Source of the DNA: Bacteroidales bacterium
Lineage (GTDB): Bacteria; Bacteroidota; Bacteroidia; Bacteroidales; GCA-2748055
Length of the DNA stretch: 64,000 nucleotides
Direction: 5' to 3'
Assembly (NCBI GenBank): GCA_021740585.1
Contig: JAIOZM010000010.1
Coordinates: 54-64,053 of the forward strand
Part shown: positions 10,159 to 20,054 of the stretch, in pieces
How positions within the stretch are numbered: the stretch's first letter is position 1
Layout of the letters: the number at the start of each line of letters is the position of its first letter
Position numbers and translations under genes: made by a program
Notes under the pieces: generated by a model
Database searches by the model: none
The model's input: only the letters and a program-made list of their open reading frames with translations
What the model was told of the DNA's origin: nothing

Positions 10159-11310
10159 TTATTTTTTCATCACAATTCTGATGGTAGTTCCGCTACCCGG
10201 ATCGGAATTAAGCACAAATATTTTTCCTTCGTGATAATATTCAATTATCCTTTTTGAAAGGGAAAGTCCTAGTCCCCAGCCTGTTTTCTTTGTGGTATAA
10301 CCCGGTTTAAAAATAGTTTTGAATTTTGCTTTTGGAACACCCTTTCCTTTGTCCTTAATATCGACATATAAAATCTGAGTATTATCGTAGAGGTCGATTG
10401 AAATTTCCCCTTTTCCCCCAACAGCGTCTATGGCGTTTTTACAAACATTCTCAATCACCCATTCAAACAATGCTTCATTTAGTGGGATAATCAGTTCGCC
10501 CGGTGGCAGATTTAGTTTATATATTATTTTTTCAGAAGATCTTGTGGTTAAATACTCTACGGAATTTCTTAAAACCTGATTAATATCAAGGCGTTCAAGG
10601 ACGGGGCGTGAGCCAATTTTTGAAAATCGCTCTGTAATTTTTTCGAGACGTTTAACATCTTTCGAGAGTTCCCTTATAGTGTTTTCATCCTGTAAACCTT
10701 GTTTCAGTATTTCCACCCAGCCATTAAGAGAGGAGGTTGGTGTGCCAAGCTGATGGGCAGTTTCTTTTGAAAGTCCTACCCAAACCTTGTTTTGCTCTGC
10801 CTTGCGGGAAGAGCTGAAGGCAAAATAAGAAACCAATATGAATAAAATTATAACGCCGAGCTGTATAAAGGGGAAGTATAACAATCTTTTTAATACAATT
10901 GAATCACCGTAAAATATAACATTTCCATCACCATTTCCCAGATCAATATACAGGCTATCGTTTTCTTCCCTTAAAACCTTGAGCTGATTTAACAGATAGT
11001 TTGGATTATTAACTGCCTTTGTTGAGTCTAAATTCCGCCAGGTGATAATCTGTCCTTCTGTATCGGTAAGAATTACCGGTATTTTCGTGTTATTTTGAAT
11101 GACTTTCAGAGGAAAACTCAGATCTACATTGTTTGAGCCTGAGTTTATTAAAACCTTTGTTGCTTCTGCCCACAATTTAATAGTTTCCTTTTCCTGATAG
11201 GCAAGGTCTTTCACCAATCGGTTTGTGTATAGAAGCGAGCCCACACCAATGGTAAAGGCTACCAATAACAAGTATAGCTTCCAGCGCTGTTTTTTTTCGT
11301 AAATATTCAA
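10159..11310 (-). CDS. two-component sensor histidine kinase
   Basis: Two TM segments flank an extracytoplasmic domain. H-box is ETAHQLGTPTSSLNGW, N-box VIENVCKNAIDA, G-boxes DKGKGV and TGWGLGLSLSKRI. Confidence 0.8.
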   Translation of the reverse strand: MNIYEKKQRWKLYLLLVAFTIGVGSLLYTNRLVKDLAYQEKETIKLWAEATKVLINSGSNNVDLSFPLKVIQNNTKIPVILTDTEGQIITWRNLDSTKAVNNPNYLLNQLKVLREENDSLYIDLGNGDGNVIFYGDSIVLKRLLYFPFIQLGVIILFILVSYFAFSSSRKAEQNKVWVGLSKETAHQLGTPTSSLNGWVEILKQGLQDENTIRELSKDVKRLEKITERFSKIGSRPVLERLDINQVLRNSVEYLTTRSSEKIIYKLNLPPGELIIPLNEALFEWVIENVCKNAIDAVGGKGEISIDLYDNTQILYVDIKDKGKGVPKAKFKTIFKPGYTTKKTGWGLGLSLSKRIIEYYHEGKIFVLNSDPGSGTTIRIVMKK

Positions 11311-11407
11311 AGTTGTATGTTATTTGTTTCTGTCACAATTAAGACTCTATTAGCTCATATTTCGTTGCTTTCCATTCTGTAAAAAACGGCTTTTGTTAAT
11401 CCATAGC

Positions 11408-14053
11408 CTATCCGTCATCCCATTCAAATTTTAAAACCTCTTCTTTTTCAACAGGCTTGTTTTTTATATCCCGCTTAATTTTTTTTAAGCCAACGCTATC
11501 TGCAGGCTCTTCCCAATCGAGAATAAAAGTCTCCTTTTTATTCTCCTTTACGGTACCCATGGAGGTGCTATCTCTTTTAAACCAACCAAATTCTTCGTTA
11601 AGGATTTTCTTTATTGTATTTTTTTCCTCCTTTAAGTCTTTTCTTATACTCAAAACCGCTTCTTTTTTATCATATTTAAAGCTATAATCATCAGGATTGC
11701 CCTTAACGGACAAATATAAACTTGAGCGGCGCCCGTCTTCCTCAACTTCGAAATGTTCTTCATTTTCCAATTTGGATTTCCTTGCTTTTCCTGCAAGAAT
11801 TTCACTTAGGTTAACCTTTATTTTATAGTCGAAATAATTGCTGAAACTATGTGTTCCTGAAATATTTATATTGAAAGCAGAGGATTTTATCTCCATTTCG
11901 GGAATCGTAATAAGCTGTTCGTGTATTAAAATAGTATTTGTTATGGTTGAGAATTTTATATGTTCCAGTTCGGCTAAATTAATATAGCGCGAAAGCTCCT
12001 GGGCCGGTTCAAAGTTTATAAGCTCTCCTGAATTCAGAACAAACTGACCATTCATATTCATACTGTTCACATCAATTTTCAGCATACTGTCGGCGTTTAT
12101 TAAAAACTCAACATCACCCGATAAGCTCCCTTTAATGTGTTCATCCCTAATTACATCCTGTCCAAAGTTTTCAAAGCTCCGGAAAAGATTTTTCACATCT
12201 ATGTTATTTAATTTGCTTTTGCTTCCAAGTAAAAAAGTTCCTTTTTCGTCTTGTTGTATCAAGGCGGAACCAACTAAGCTACCGTTCATCCCATCAGAGA
12301 AATAATCGACAATTTCAATTTGGGAAGGTTTATAGTCGAGTCTGGCTTTAAGGTTATGTAATACAAACTTTTCATATTCAAATTCCCCCAGGCCAAGATT
12401 AAGTTTTGCATATACATTTCCGGGCAGAAAGAAGCCTTTTTGCTCCCCCGCTTCATTTTGTGCTGTGTCTGATGAAAAACAATCTATGTTCAGAAATTCT
12501 GATTGTATATCGGCTTGTAGCCATAAGCTTTGATTTTCTTCGAATAAATAATTCAACAGATAATCGGCTTTTACTTTTATTTGCGATTGGCTCTCATTAA
12601 AAAGCAAGCTTAAATCTCCCTGCCAGCTATTTCTGTTAAAACCTATATCGCCATTCAGGTTCTTAATACGGATATTCTCATCTAAAACGAAACCGGTATT
12701 CACTAAACCAACACTCCCCGAAATCTGACTATTTAAAATGTTTTGAAGATTAAATTCCCGGAAATTTTTTAGAGTAGTTTCAACTAAAATATCCGGCTGA
12801 ATAATCCCTGTAAGGTCTTTCAAATACTTAAAGTCTAAAAAGTTATTAATGTATAGAAGTTCGGTATAGCCTCCAAGTTTAAACTTTAGCTCCGGGTGAG
12901 AAAAATCTGTGATATATAAGCTGCCTTCGAATTTATTATTCGCATCATTAATTCTATACTTTTCAATACTGAAGGATGATTTACCCTGACTTAATGATCC
13001 CGGAATAAATAGTTTTCCCTTTAGCTGTATGTTACTTAAAGAAAGGTTTTTATAAGAAAACCCGTCAACAGATAAGAGATACACGGACTTTATTTCAGGG
13101 CTCTGTATTGAAGAAATTTTACCATTTAGCATGGTGGCAATATCGGCTCTGCCTTTTAAATCCAGAGGAAAGTTTTCTTTGAAATTCTGAGGAATCAGGT
13201 TCATCAATGACTTAATATTCAATCCTCGTCCGGTTAATTGAATATTTAAAAGCGGTTCTTCCTTAAAATTAACATCTCCCGATGTTGAAAAATTAATGTC
13301 GTTTACAGAAATCAATCCTTTGTTAATATAGGCAACTTTGTTTTTGACCTCCATAATGGTTTTTATTGACACATTATAGTTTTCAGCATATGAAATATCC
13401 TTGTATGAGGCCTTTTTTAAAATCAGGCTAATATTACTTGCCACAGCAAAGTCTTCTTGCATAAGCTTTCCTTTTAAGCTTAGGTCTTTTACTTCAGCAA
13501 CGCTAAGAAAGTTTTTTGCTTTCGAGTTATAATTTATCAGGAAGTTACTAATACGAACCGCTTGCAGTTGTATTTGAGGGATTTCGCTTTCTACATTTTT
13601 CTCTTTCTCTTTAAAAATGTTGTAATTCGATTTACCTTCGTTATCAACCAAAAAATTTGCCTCACCATTAATTATTAATATCCTGCTGATATTATAATTT
13701 TTTAACAATACCTGAAAAAGATTAAATTGAAGGTAAATTTTCTCCGCAACCAAAAGTTTTTCGCATTCATTATTATCAAAATCCCGTCTGTTAAAATTAT
13801 CGGGGGACCAAACAACCACATTTTTAAAAACGACAGACAGGTAAGGAATTTTTGAGAAGAACGAGATCTCGATATTATCGACGCTTATTTTTGTTTGAAG
13901 CTGCTGATTAACTTGATCAACAGCCATTTGAGTAATTTTAGCCTCGTTTTTTTTGCTAAGAATTGCTACCGTTACTGCAAACAGAATCCCCGCTGTTAAA
14001 GCTATCCAAATAGTGTTAAACACTATCTTCCTGAGGGTCCTTATGTATTTCAT
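11408..14053 (-). CDS. AsmA-family (AsmA-like) large envelope protein
   Basis: 881 aa with a single N-terminal TM anchor (IWIALTAGILFAVTVAILS). The long beta-rich, repetitive body lacks enzymatic motifs. The architecture is typical of AsmA/TamB-like proteins. The call rests on architecture only. Confidence 0.6.
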   Translation of the reverse strand: MKYIRTLRKIVFNTIWIALTAGILFAVTVAILSKKNEAKITQMAVDQVNQQLQTKISVDNIEISFFSKIPYLSVVFKNVVVWSPDNFNRRDFDNNECEKLLVAEKIYLQFNLFQVLLKNYNISRILIINGEANFLVDNEGKSNYNIFKEKEKNVESEIPQIQLQAVRISNFLINYNSKAKNFLSVAEVKDLSLKGKLMQEDFAVASNISLILKKASYKDISYAENYNVSIKTIMEVKNKVAYINKGLISVNDINFSTSGDVNFKEEPLLNIQLTGRGLNIKSLMNLIPQNFKENFPLDLKGRADIATMLNGKISSIQSPEIKSVYLLSVDGFSYKNLSLSNIQLKGKLFIPGSLSQGKSSFSIEKYRINDANNKFEGSLYITDFSHPELKFKLGGYTELLYINNFLDFKYLKDLTGIIQPDILVETTLKNFREFNLQNILNSQISGSVGLVNTGFVLDENIRIKNLNGDIGFNRNSWQGDLSLLFNESQSQIKVKADYLLNYLFEENQSLWLQADIQSEFLNIDCFSSDTAQNEAGEQKGFFLPGNVYAKLNLGLGEFEYEKFVLHNLKARLDYKPSQIEIVDYFSDGMNGSLVGSALIQQDEKGTFLLGSKSKLNNIDVKNLFRSFENFGQDVIRDEHIKGSLSGDVEFLINADSMLKIDVNSMNMNGQFVLNSGELINFEPAQELSRYINLAELEHIKFSTITNTILIHEQLITIPEMEIKSSAFNINISGTHSFSNYFDYKIKVNLSEILAGKARKSKLENEEHFEVEEDGRRSSLYLSVKGNPDDYSFKYDKKEAVLSIRKDLKEEKNTIKKILNEEFGWFKRDSTSMGTVKENKKETFILDWEEPADSVGLKKIKRDIKNKPVEKEEVLKFEWDDG

Positions 14054-14081
14054 TTTTACTACCAGGGTAAATTAACTTTCG

Positions 14082-14789
14082 TTATTTTAACAAAAAAGAC
14101 AAGTCGCTTCCCGGTTTATATTCCACCGGATCGTTATTGTATTTAAACAGACGTGCCGGCCGGCTACCGATTAAAACCATTCTTCCTTCTTCCACTTGCA
14201 ACATGGTGCCTTCCCTTAGACCTAAAACATAAATCTCCCTGTTGAGCTCAATAAATTCTTCAATTCGTGCTTCGCGGGTTTCTCCGGCATGACCATCAGG
14301 ATTTGCGTCTAAATAGTGTGGATTTATCTGAAAAGGGATCAGGTTAAATGCACTAAAACTTTTAGGTTCCACCACGGGCATATCGTTTGTGGTTTTGATA
14401 GTTGGGCAGGTCATATTTGAACCTGCACTCCACCCAATATACGGCTTTCCTTTTAAAACCTCAGATTTTACAAGCTCTATTAAACCCTGCTCCTGTGTTG
14501 TTTTTAACAATTGCCATGTATTACCACCTCCCACAACTATAATATCGGCCGATTTAATTAATTCCGCGGGATCGCTGACTTCGTGCACAGAAGTAACTTT
14601 ATGCCCGATGCTTTCAAAACGGTCTCTGACACGTGATGTATAATCTTCGTAATTAATGCTAACTCCCGCATACGGTATAAATGCTGCCAACATACTTTTA
14701 GCTGTTAAAAAATTTTTTATGTGCGGCATGGGATATTCCAGATATGCCTCACCGGCATTTGTTGAGTTGCTTATTAATAAGAGTTTCAT
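14082..14789 (-). CDS. pepE: dipeptidase E (peptidase S51)
   Basis: Collinear with E. coli PepE: MKLLLISNST..., IIVVGGGNTWQLL, YIGWSAGSNMTCPTIKTTNDMPVVEP, FQINPHY...GHAGETREARIEEF. Confidence 0.85.
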   Translation of the reverse strand: MKLLLISNSTNAGEAYLEYPMPHIKNFLTAKSMLAAFIPYAGVSINYEDYTSRVRDRFESIGHKVTSVHEVSDPAELIKSADIIVVGGGNTWQLLKTTQEQGLIELVKSEVLKGKPYIGWSAGSNMTCPTIKTTNDMPVVEPKSFSAFNLIPFQINPHYLDANPDGHAGETREARIEEFIELNREIYVLGLREGTMLQVEEGRMVLIGSRPARLFKYNNDPVEYKPGSDLSFLLK

Positions 14790-14934
14790 GTTATAAATTT
14801 ATATTTTCAGATTACCATACGATTTTTAAGGAATCGTTACTAATTTTTTGCTTTTTCCAAGAATTTAAAACGCGGATTTATTACGAAATATTTCTTTTGA
14901 ATTTAAATAATTTTTGATGTCAAAAATACAGAGA

Positions 14935-15696
14935 TTAATACTTCTCTGCGAGTTCGCTTATTGTTTTTTTATCAGGGTTTTCTTTAAACGAAATAATATC
15001 TATCTCATTGCTTAACATATTGTATTGCATTAATTTACCTGATAGTATGCTGCCAATTCCGGTAATAATTTTTATTGCCTCAGCTCCCTGAAAAGAGCCA
15101 ATTATTCCCGGTAAAATTCCAAACAGTCCTGTTTTGGATGGGTCGCTTAAGTTTTCTTTATCGATTAAATCATCGAAAATACAACGAATGCTTGGTCCTC
15201 CCTTATAATTAAACACTGAAACCTGACCTTCATATTTAAATACAGATCCGTAAATCCATGGTTTTTTAAGGATTAAGCAGGCATCGTTTATAAGAAACCG
15301 CGTCGAAAAGTTATCGGTGGCATCGATTACCAGATCAAAATTCTGAATAAACTGAATGGCATTATTTCTTTGAAGCCGGATATTAATTACACTATGTTTT
15401 ACCATTCGGTTTAACACTTCCAGTCTCTGCTTTGCAATAATTGTTTTGAGTTTACCCAAATCGTGACTCCCGTAGAGAATTTGTCTATGAAGGTTATCTT
15501 CGCTAACAGTATCATCGTCCATAATGGAAATTTCTCCCACTCCGGCCGCAGTAAGATATTGTAATACGGGAGATCCAAGGCCTCCGGTACCGACTACCAG
15601 AACTTTAGCATTTTTTAATTTCAACTGTCCCTCTTCCCCTACTTCAGGCAGCATTATATGTCGGTTATACCTCCGTTTTTCGGTATCGTTTAACAT
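14935..15696 (-). CDS. HesA/MoeB/ThiF-family adenylyltransferase (E1-like)
   Basis: RYNRHIMLPEVGEEGQLKLKNAKVLVVGTGGLGSPVLQYLTAAGVG...DDDTVSEDNLHRQ is the ThiF/MoeB nucleotide-binding signature. 253 aa with no rhodanese extension. Confidence 0.8.
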   Translation of the reverse strand: MLNDTEKRRYNRHIMLPEVGEEGQLKLKNAKVLVVGTGGLGSPVLQYLTAAGVGEISIMDDDTVSEDNLHRQILYGSHDLGKLKTIIAKQRLEVLNRMVKHSVINIRLQRNNAIQFIQNFDLVIDATDNFSTRFLINDACLILKKPWIYGSVFKYEGQVSVFNYKGGPSIRCIFDDLIDKENLSDPSKTGLFGILPGIIGSFQGAEAIKIITGIGSILSGKLMQYNMLSNEIDIISFKENPDKKTISELAEKY

Positions 15697-15816
15697 GACT
15701 CTCAGGTTTTAATATCTGCAAAGATAATAAATGGTATTGAAGGATAGAGAAAAGTGGTTAGGCTGTTATAAACCCTTTTAATAAAAATCTTTGGAACTGC
15801 AGACTTGAAAATGTGA

Positions 15817-15848
15817 AAGCCGCCTCAAAATTGCTTTTGAGACGGCTT
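15817..15848 (-). terminator. hairpin downstream of the OM barrel gene (14-bp stem with 1 mismatch, 4-nt loop)
   Basis: AAGCCGCCTCAAAA-TTGC-TTTTGAGACGGCTT lies 24 nt beyond the stop at 15872. On the minus-strand RNA it is followed by a short U-containing tract (UUCACAUUUUC). Confidence 0.55.
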
Positions 15849-15871
15849 CCGGATAATATATGTGGGGTGAT

Positions 15872-16822
15872 TTAGAATTTAAGAATAGATAATCCTACAG
15901 AGAAGGGATAGAGGTTTTCACCATCAACGGGACCACCACCTTCTTTAAACAATGGTTGTGGATAAAAATTAGCATATAGTTTTAACGCTTTATAGCCAAT
16001 TCTTCCGGTAAATCCATAGCGAAGAGGGTTTATATTAAAGTCGTCTTTTGCCTTTTCCTTATTTTTCTCGCCATTTTCATAATATACGAGTTTTGTTTTG
16101 GAAGATAATTTTACACCACCTATTACACCTGCAGAAATGAAGAACTTCTCTTTTTTACCTGCGGGAACCTGGAATTCCAATAAGAGAGGAGCGTTTAAAA
16201 ATACCGTTTGAAGGCGTGCTTTATCGGCTTGTGTTGGGGGATCAAGTCTTTCAATAACGCCATTAACTTCTGTTATTACATTTCCCTCGTCAAAATGGTA
16301 GTTACTAATTTCAAACCCGAGTCCGGTTACCAGTCCAAGTTTTTCACCAATTAATTTTATGTCCTGCTCTAAAAAATTGATATTATAATTCCAGGATTTC
16401 CCGGTATTCAGATCCATATAACCCGGCTCAATATTCATGGAAAAGTCCTCGTTAACATAACTGTTCAGACCTATTTCAAATCCAGCCCAATGAGGTTTGA
16501 ATTTGGTGTTTTTATCTTTTTTTTCGCCATTATCTTCACCATCATCTTCACCATCAATTTCCGGCTCTTCAATTTCTTCAATATTTTCCCAGGTAACGGT
16601 AGGTGAGCCTTCTTCATTTTCTATTATAGTTACTCCCTTTTTCCCTATTTTAATTTTGGTAGTATCTTGTCTGTCAATCACTTCTGCCTCACCACCTACC
16701 TGAACAGTCGTTTTTCCATCTTCTTCAAGAACCTCAACTTTACCGTATTTAGTTGGTCCTGTTTGTGCTATTAACAGCGCCGCTACAAATAGTGCCGCTA
16801 TTGTTGTTGTAAACTTTTTCAT
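15872..16822 (-). CDS. outer-membrane beta-barrel (porin-family-like) protein with acidic N-terminal linker
   Basis: Signal peptide MKKFTTTIAALFVAALLIAQ. Acidic stretch EEIEEPEIDGEDDGEDNGE. C-terminal half has alternating beta-strand patterns and ends ...SVGLSILKF with a terminal aromatic. Confidence 0.6.
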   Translation of the reverse strand: MKKFTTTIAALFVAALLIAQTGPTKYGKVEVLEEDGKTTVQVGGEAEVIDRQDTTKIKIGKKGVTIIENEEGSPTVTWENIEEIEEPEIDGEDDGEDNGEKKDKNTKFKPHWAGFEIGLNSYVNEDFSMNIEPGYMDLNTGKSWNYNINFLEQDIKLIGEKLGLVTGLGFEISNYHFDEGNVITEVNGVIERLDPPTQADKARLQTVFLNAPLLLEFQVPAGKKEKFFISAGVIGGVKLSSKTKLVYYENGEKNKEKAKDDFNINPLRYGFTGRIGYKALKLYANFYPQPLFKEGGGPVDGENLYPFSVGLSILKF

Positions 16823-16932
16823 TTTTAAAAGATTTATTAATTAAACGCTATTTGTTTCTGTAATCTGTTAATGTGACGAACCGACACAGTAAAAAGTTAC
16901 AGCTGAAGATAAATATTCTTAAAATGTTGGAT

Positions 16933-18045
16933 TTAGTCCCGGTTTATGGGGGTGGAAAAGGACAAAAGCCGTGAGTTGAAAGATACTTTTTTGTTCTCTC
17001 CTTCTTCATCCTTGATGGTGTTTAATGACATTTCTGAACCGGTTCTTTCGCTTATTTTGGAGACCCCTGCACTGGCAACACCCCAGAATCCTTCTTTTTT
17101 TTCACCGTCTTTAAAAACACTTTCATAATACTTCTTCTTAGCCAGTTCCTGGATAGTCAAATATTCATCTGTATTCTTTTTGTCTGTCAGTTTGGCAATT
17201 TTTAATTTTTCCGGCTCTATTTTATCCGAAGGGTTTTCCACCAGAAGCATTGGCTCCAAAACGGCTGTTATATCAATGTTTACAGGTGCAATGGCTATTT
17301 CTTGCTGTTCGTTCTCCTGATTATTGACAATATCCTTGCTCTGTGTTTCTGCTGAAGCAATCGGTGTTTCCACTTTAAAACTAATAACTGAGCTTTTGGT
17401 TTTAATTTTATCTGCTTCTGTTTTAATTTTTTCTTCAGTGGCGGGTTTAGTTGATATAATGGGTTCAACTGTTTTCACAGCCATTGTATCTGTGGATTCC
17501 TCCACGGTTTCTAGTCCCGCAACAAGAACGCTTTCAACGTCCTTTTCAATAAATGTAAAAAACAAGGCCAATAACAAAATAATACCCGCTGCAATCGATA
17601 AACTCCTGTAGACGGCGATTTTTCGAATGGTAAAAACATTTCTTTTTAAATTCGCCTTATTTTTGAAGTTAATATTTGCCGGGGGGCTTAATTTGGTCTT
17701 TTGGAAAAGGTTCCGGGTTTGTTCCCTTTTTGAATCAAGAATGAGAAACTCATTTAGCTCCTTTGTTTGTTCTGCACTTAAGTCCCCTTCTATCTCAGCA
17801 ATACAGTAAAATTCATAATTACTTTCATTAACCGAATTGCTGAGGTCTGGTTGTTTTAAATTTTCTTTTAGTCTAAAACTTGTGCTATCCGATTTAAGAA
17901 AAATCTTTTCCATACCTTCGAGTTCTTCCCTTAGGTCTTCATTATTCATTAACAGTGTTTCAAGCTCCTGAATCTGAAAATCACTAAGGTTTCCATCGAG
18001 GTAATCGATGAAATATTCTTCGTAATTATTTCTTGAGATTTTCAT
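16933..18045 (-). CDS. putative anti-sigma factor (single-pass membrane protein)
   Basis: Lies 20 nt downstream of the ECF sigma gene. It has a ~145-aa cytoplasmic N-domain, one TM (SLSIAAGIILLLALFFTFI) and a low-complexity periplasmic tail. The call is positional. Confidence 0.5.
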   Translation of the reverse strand: MKISRNNYEEYFIDYLDGNLSDFQIQELETLLMNNEDLREELEGMEKIFLKSDSTSFRLKENLKQPDLSNSVNESNYEFYCIAEIEGDLSAEQTKELNEFLILDSKREQTRNLFQKTKLSPPANINFKNKANLKRNVFTIRKIAVYRSLSIAAGIILLLALFFTFIEKDVESVLVAGLETVEESTDTMAVKTVEPIISTKPATEEKIKTEADKIKTKSSVISFKVETPIASAETQSKDIVNNQENEQQEIAIAPVNIDITAVLEPMLLVENPSDKIEPEKLKIAKLTDKKNTDEYLTIQELAKKKYYESVFKDGEKKEGFWGVASAGVSKISERTGSEMSLNTIKDEEGENKKVSFNSRLLSFSTPINRD

Positions 18046-18065
18046 TTTTATTATATTTTCTTCGC

Positions 18066-18551
18066 TTAAATAACCCGTTCAGGATTTCCTATATAATTCT
18101 TTAAAAATAAACGAGCTCTGTATATATAAACCTTTACTTGTGATTCCGATAAATCTGTAATTTCCGCTATTTCCTGATAAGAATACCCTTCATAATCCCT
18201 CAACATTACAACCGATTTTTGTTTTTCAGGAAGAAGATCCAGTGCCTTTTGCAGTATTTCATTCAAATCGCTATAATGATCTGAATGTGAATATTCTTCC
18301 TGCCTTACTTCCTTAAAATCACCCATTCTTTTTTCTTTTCTGATAACATCAATCATGGTATGATACGCGGTTGAAAATAAATACGATTTTACCTTTCTTC
18401 CATCAACATTTGACAATTTAGTCCACAATTTCTCATAGGTATCCTGCACGATATCATGGCTTCGATCCTCATCACGCAAATTCTTAAGGATGAATCGATA
18501 CACACCGTCAGAAAATTCGTCTACTGCACGATTATAATCTTTAATTGTCAT
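18066..18551 (-). CDS. RNA polymerase ECF-type sigma-70 factor
   Basis: Region 2 is DIVQDTYEKLW. Region 4 HTH is YSYQEIAEITDLSESQVKVYIYRAR. I place the start at ATG 18551 (MTIKDYNRAVDEF...). The track start at 18668 would run through the divergent promoter region. Confidence 0.85.
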   Translation of the reverse strand: MTIKDYNRAVDEFSDGVYRFILKNLRDEDRSHDIVQDTYEKLWTKLSNVDGRKVKSYLFSTAYHTMIDVIRKEKRMGDFKEVRQEEYSHSDHYSDLNEILQKALDLLPEKQKSVVMLRDYEGYSYQEIAEITDLSESQVKVYIYRARLFLKNYIGNPERVI

Positions 18552-18643
18552 TCTTTTACAGCGATTTTCAATATTATGACGTCTAAGGCGAGGATAAGTT
18601 ACAAAAAAATTTATTTTTTCTTGACATTGCCTTCTAAATAGTT

Positions 18644-18668
18644 TATATTTGACCAATCGTTCAGTCAA
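18644..18668 (+). promoter_or_regulatory. candidate Bacteroidota -7 box (TATATTTG, 18644-18651) overlapping an inverted repeat TTGAC-N10-GTCAA (18649-18668), a possible TetR operator
   Basis: TATATTTG matches TAnnTTTG and sits 29 nt upstream of the TetR ATG (18680). The 5-bp arms TTGAC/GTCAA were read directly. Short motifs, so low confidence. Confidence 0.3.
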
Positions 18669-18679
18669 TAATAATAATT

Positions 18680-19261
18680 ATGTCACCCAGAACAGAAAAA
18701 CAATTTGAGGAAATACGCCTGTCAAAAAAGGCTCTGATACAGGAGGTGGCTTTGGAACTTTTTGCTAAAAAGGGTTATCATTCAACCTCTATCAGTATGA
18801 TTGCCAAAAAGGCGGGAATTTCCAAAGGACTTTTGTATAATTATTATGAAAGCAAGGAAGATTTGTTGAATGAAATTATTACTCAAGGAATGAATCAGGC
18901 AATGCAAATGATGGATCCAAATCAGGACGGACAGGTTACCCGGGATGAAATGGCTTTTATGATAAACGAGAGCTTTGAAATATTACAAACTCACAGTCGC
19001 TTCTGGATTTTATATTTTTCTCTTTTGCCCCAGGCCGAGGTTTTTGAAATCGTTAAAGATAAATTTTACTCCATTTACAAATTAATGATTTCCATGCTGA
19101 CTGATTATTTCAAAAAAAGAGGCTCTGATGATCCTGAGGCCGAAGCGATTATACTTGGCAGCTTGCTGGATGGAATATACATTAATTATATTTTTAATCC
19201 GGAACTTTTTCCATTAGAGGCTGTGAAAAAGAAACTGATTGACATTTATTGCAAAAAATAA
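18680..19261 (+). CDS. TetR/AcrR-family transcriptional regulator
   Basis: N-terminal HTH is ELFAKKGYHSTSISMIAKKAGISKGLLYNYYESKEDLL. 193 aa. Confidence 0.85.
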   Translation: MSPRTEKQFEEIRLSKKALIQEVALELFAKKGYHSTSISMIAKKAGISKGLLYNYYESKEDLLNEIITQGMNQAMQMMDPNQDGQVTRDEMAFMINESFEILQTHSRFWILYFSLLPQAEVFEIVKDKFYSIYKLMISMLTDYFKKRGSDDPEAEAIILGSLLDGIYINYIFNPELFPLEAVKKKLIDIYCKK

Positions 19262-19272
19262 AAAGTAAACAC

Positions 19273-20022
19273 ATGAAGATCTATTCATTATTCAGTCTGT
19301 TAATACTTGGTTGTTTTAGCGCTAATGCGCAGGAAATGAGCGCCACAGAAATTATCAGGAAGGCCGATGAGCTATTGCAGGGCAATTCAAACTATGCTGA
19401 AATAAGCATGAAAATCCATCGGCCTAAATGGGACCGCAGCTTAACTATGAAGTCCTGGTCGAAAGGAAATGACTTTTCATTAATTTATATTATTTCACCT
19501 GCAAAAGAAAAGGGACAGGTATTTTTAAAACGAAATAACGAAATGTGGAATTGGCTTCCTTCTATAGACAGAACCATTAAAATCCCGCCCTCCATGATGA
19601 TGCAATCGTGGATGGGGTCTGATATGACCAACGACGATCTGGTGAACGAATCGTCGGTAATTAAAGATTATGATCATAAAATAGTGGGTGAGGAAATCCT
19701 GGAAGGGCTTGAATGCTATATAATTGAACTTATTCCTCATGAAGACGCTCCGGTTGTTTGGGGGAAAATATACTCGTGGGTTTCCAAAACTAAATATTTT
19801 GCTCTTAAAAATGAATATTATGATGAAGACGATTTTCTGGTGAATATTGAAACGCTTTCAAACATTAAAAATGTAGGAGACCGGACCATTCCCACAAAGT
19901 TTACTATTGTTCCTGTAGACAAGGAAGATCATTATACTGAAATGGAGTTCGTTAATATTAAATTTAACATCGACATCGAGGAGTCTTTCTTTTCCATTCA
20001 GAACATGAAAAAGATTAGATAA
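19273..20022 (+). CDS. outer-membrane lipoprotein-sorting (LolA-like fold) protein
   Basis: Start moved to ATG 19273, giving signal peptide MKIYSLFSLLILGCFSANAQ. The body (KADELLQGNS...LTMKSWSKGND...FLKRNNEMWNWLPS...RTIKIPPSMMMQSWMGSDMTNDDL) resembles the LolA-like family commonly encoded next to FtsX-type ABC permeases. Confidence 0.6.
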   Translation: MKIYSLFSLLILGCFSANAQEMSATEIIRKADELLQGNSNYAEISMKIHRPKWDRSLTMKSWSKGNDFSLIYIISPAKEKGQVFLKRNNEMWNWLPSIDRTIKIPPSMMMQSWMGSDMTNDDLVNESSVIKDYDHKIVGEEILEGLECYIIELIPHEDAPVVWGKIYSWVSKTKYFALKNEYYDEDDFLVNIETLSNIKNVGDRTIPTKFTIVPVDKEDHYTEMEFVNIKFNIDIEESFFSIQNMKKIR

Positions 20023-20054
20023 TAGCGGTTTTTGTTCTAATAAATAAGAGAGTA

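Noticed and set aside
18552-18668. N-terminal 39-codon extension of the ECF sigma ORF in the track
   Set aside because: The extension (MTERLVKYKLFRRQCQEKINFF...) is not sigma-like and runs through the divergent TetR promoter/operator region. ATG 18551 gives a normal sigma N-terminus.
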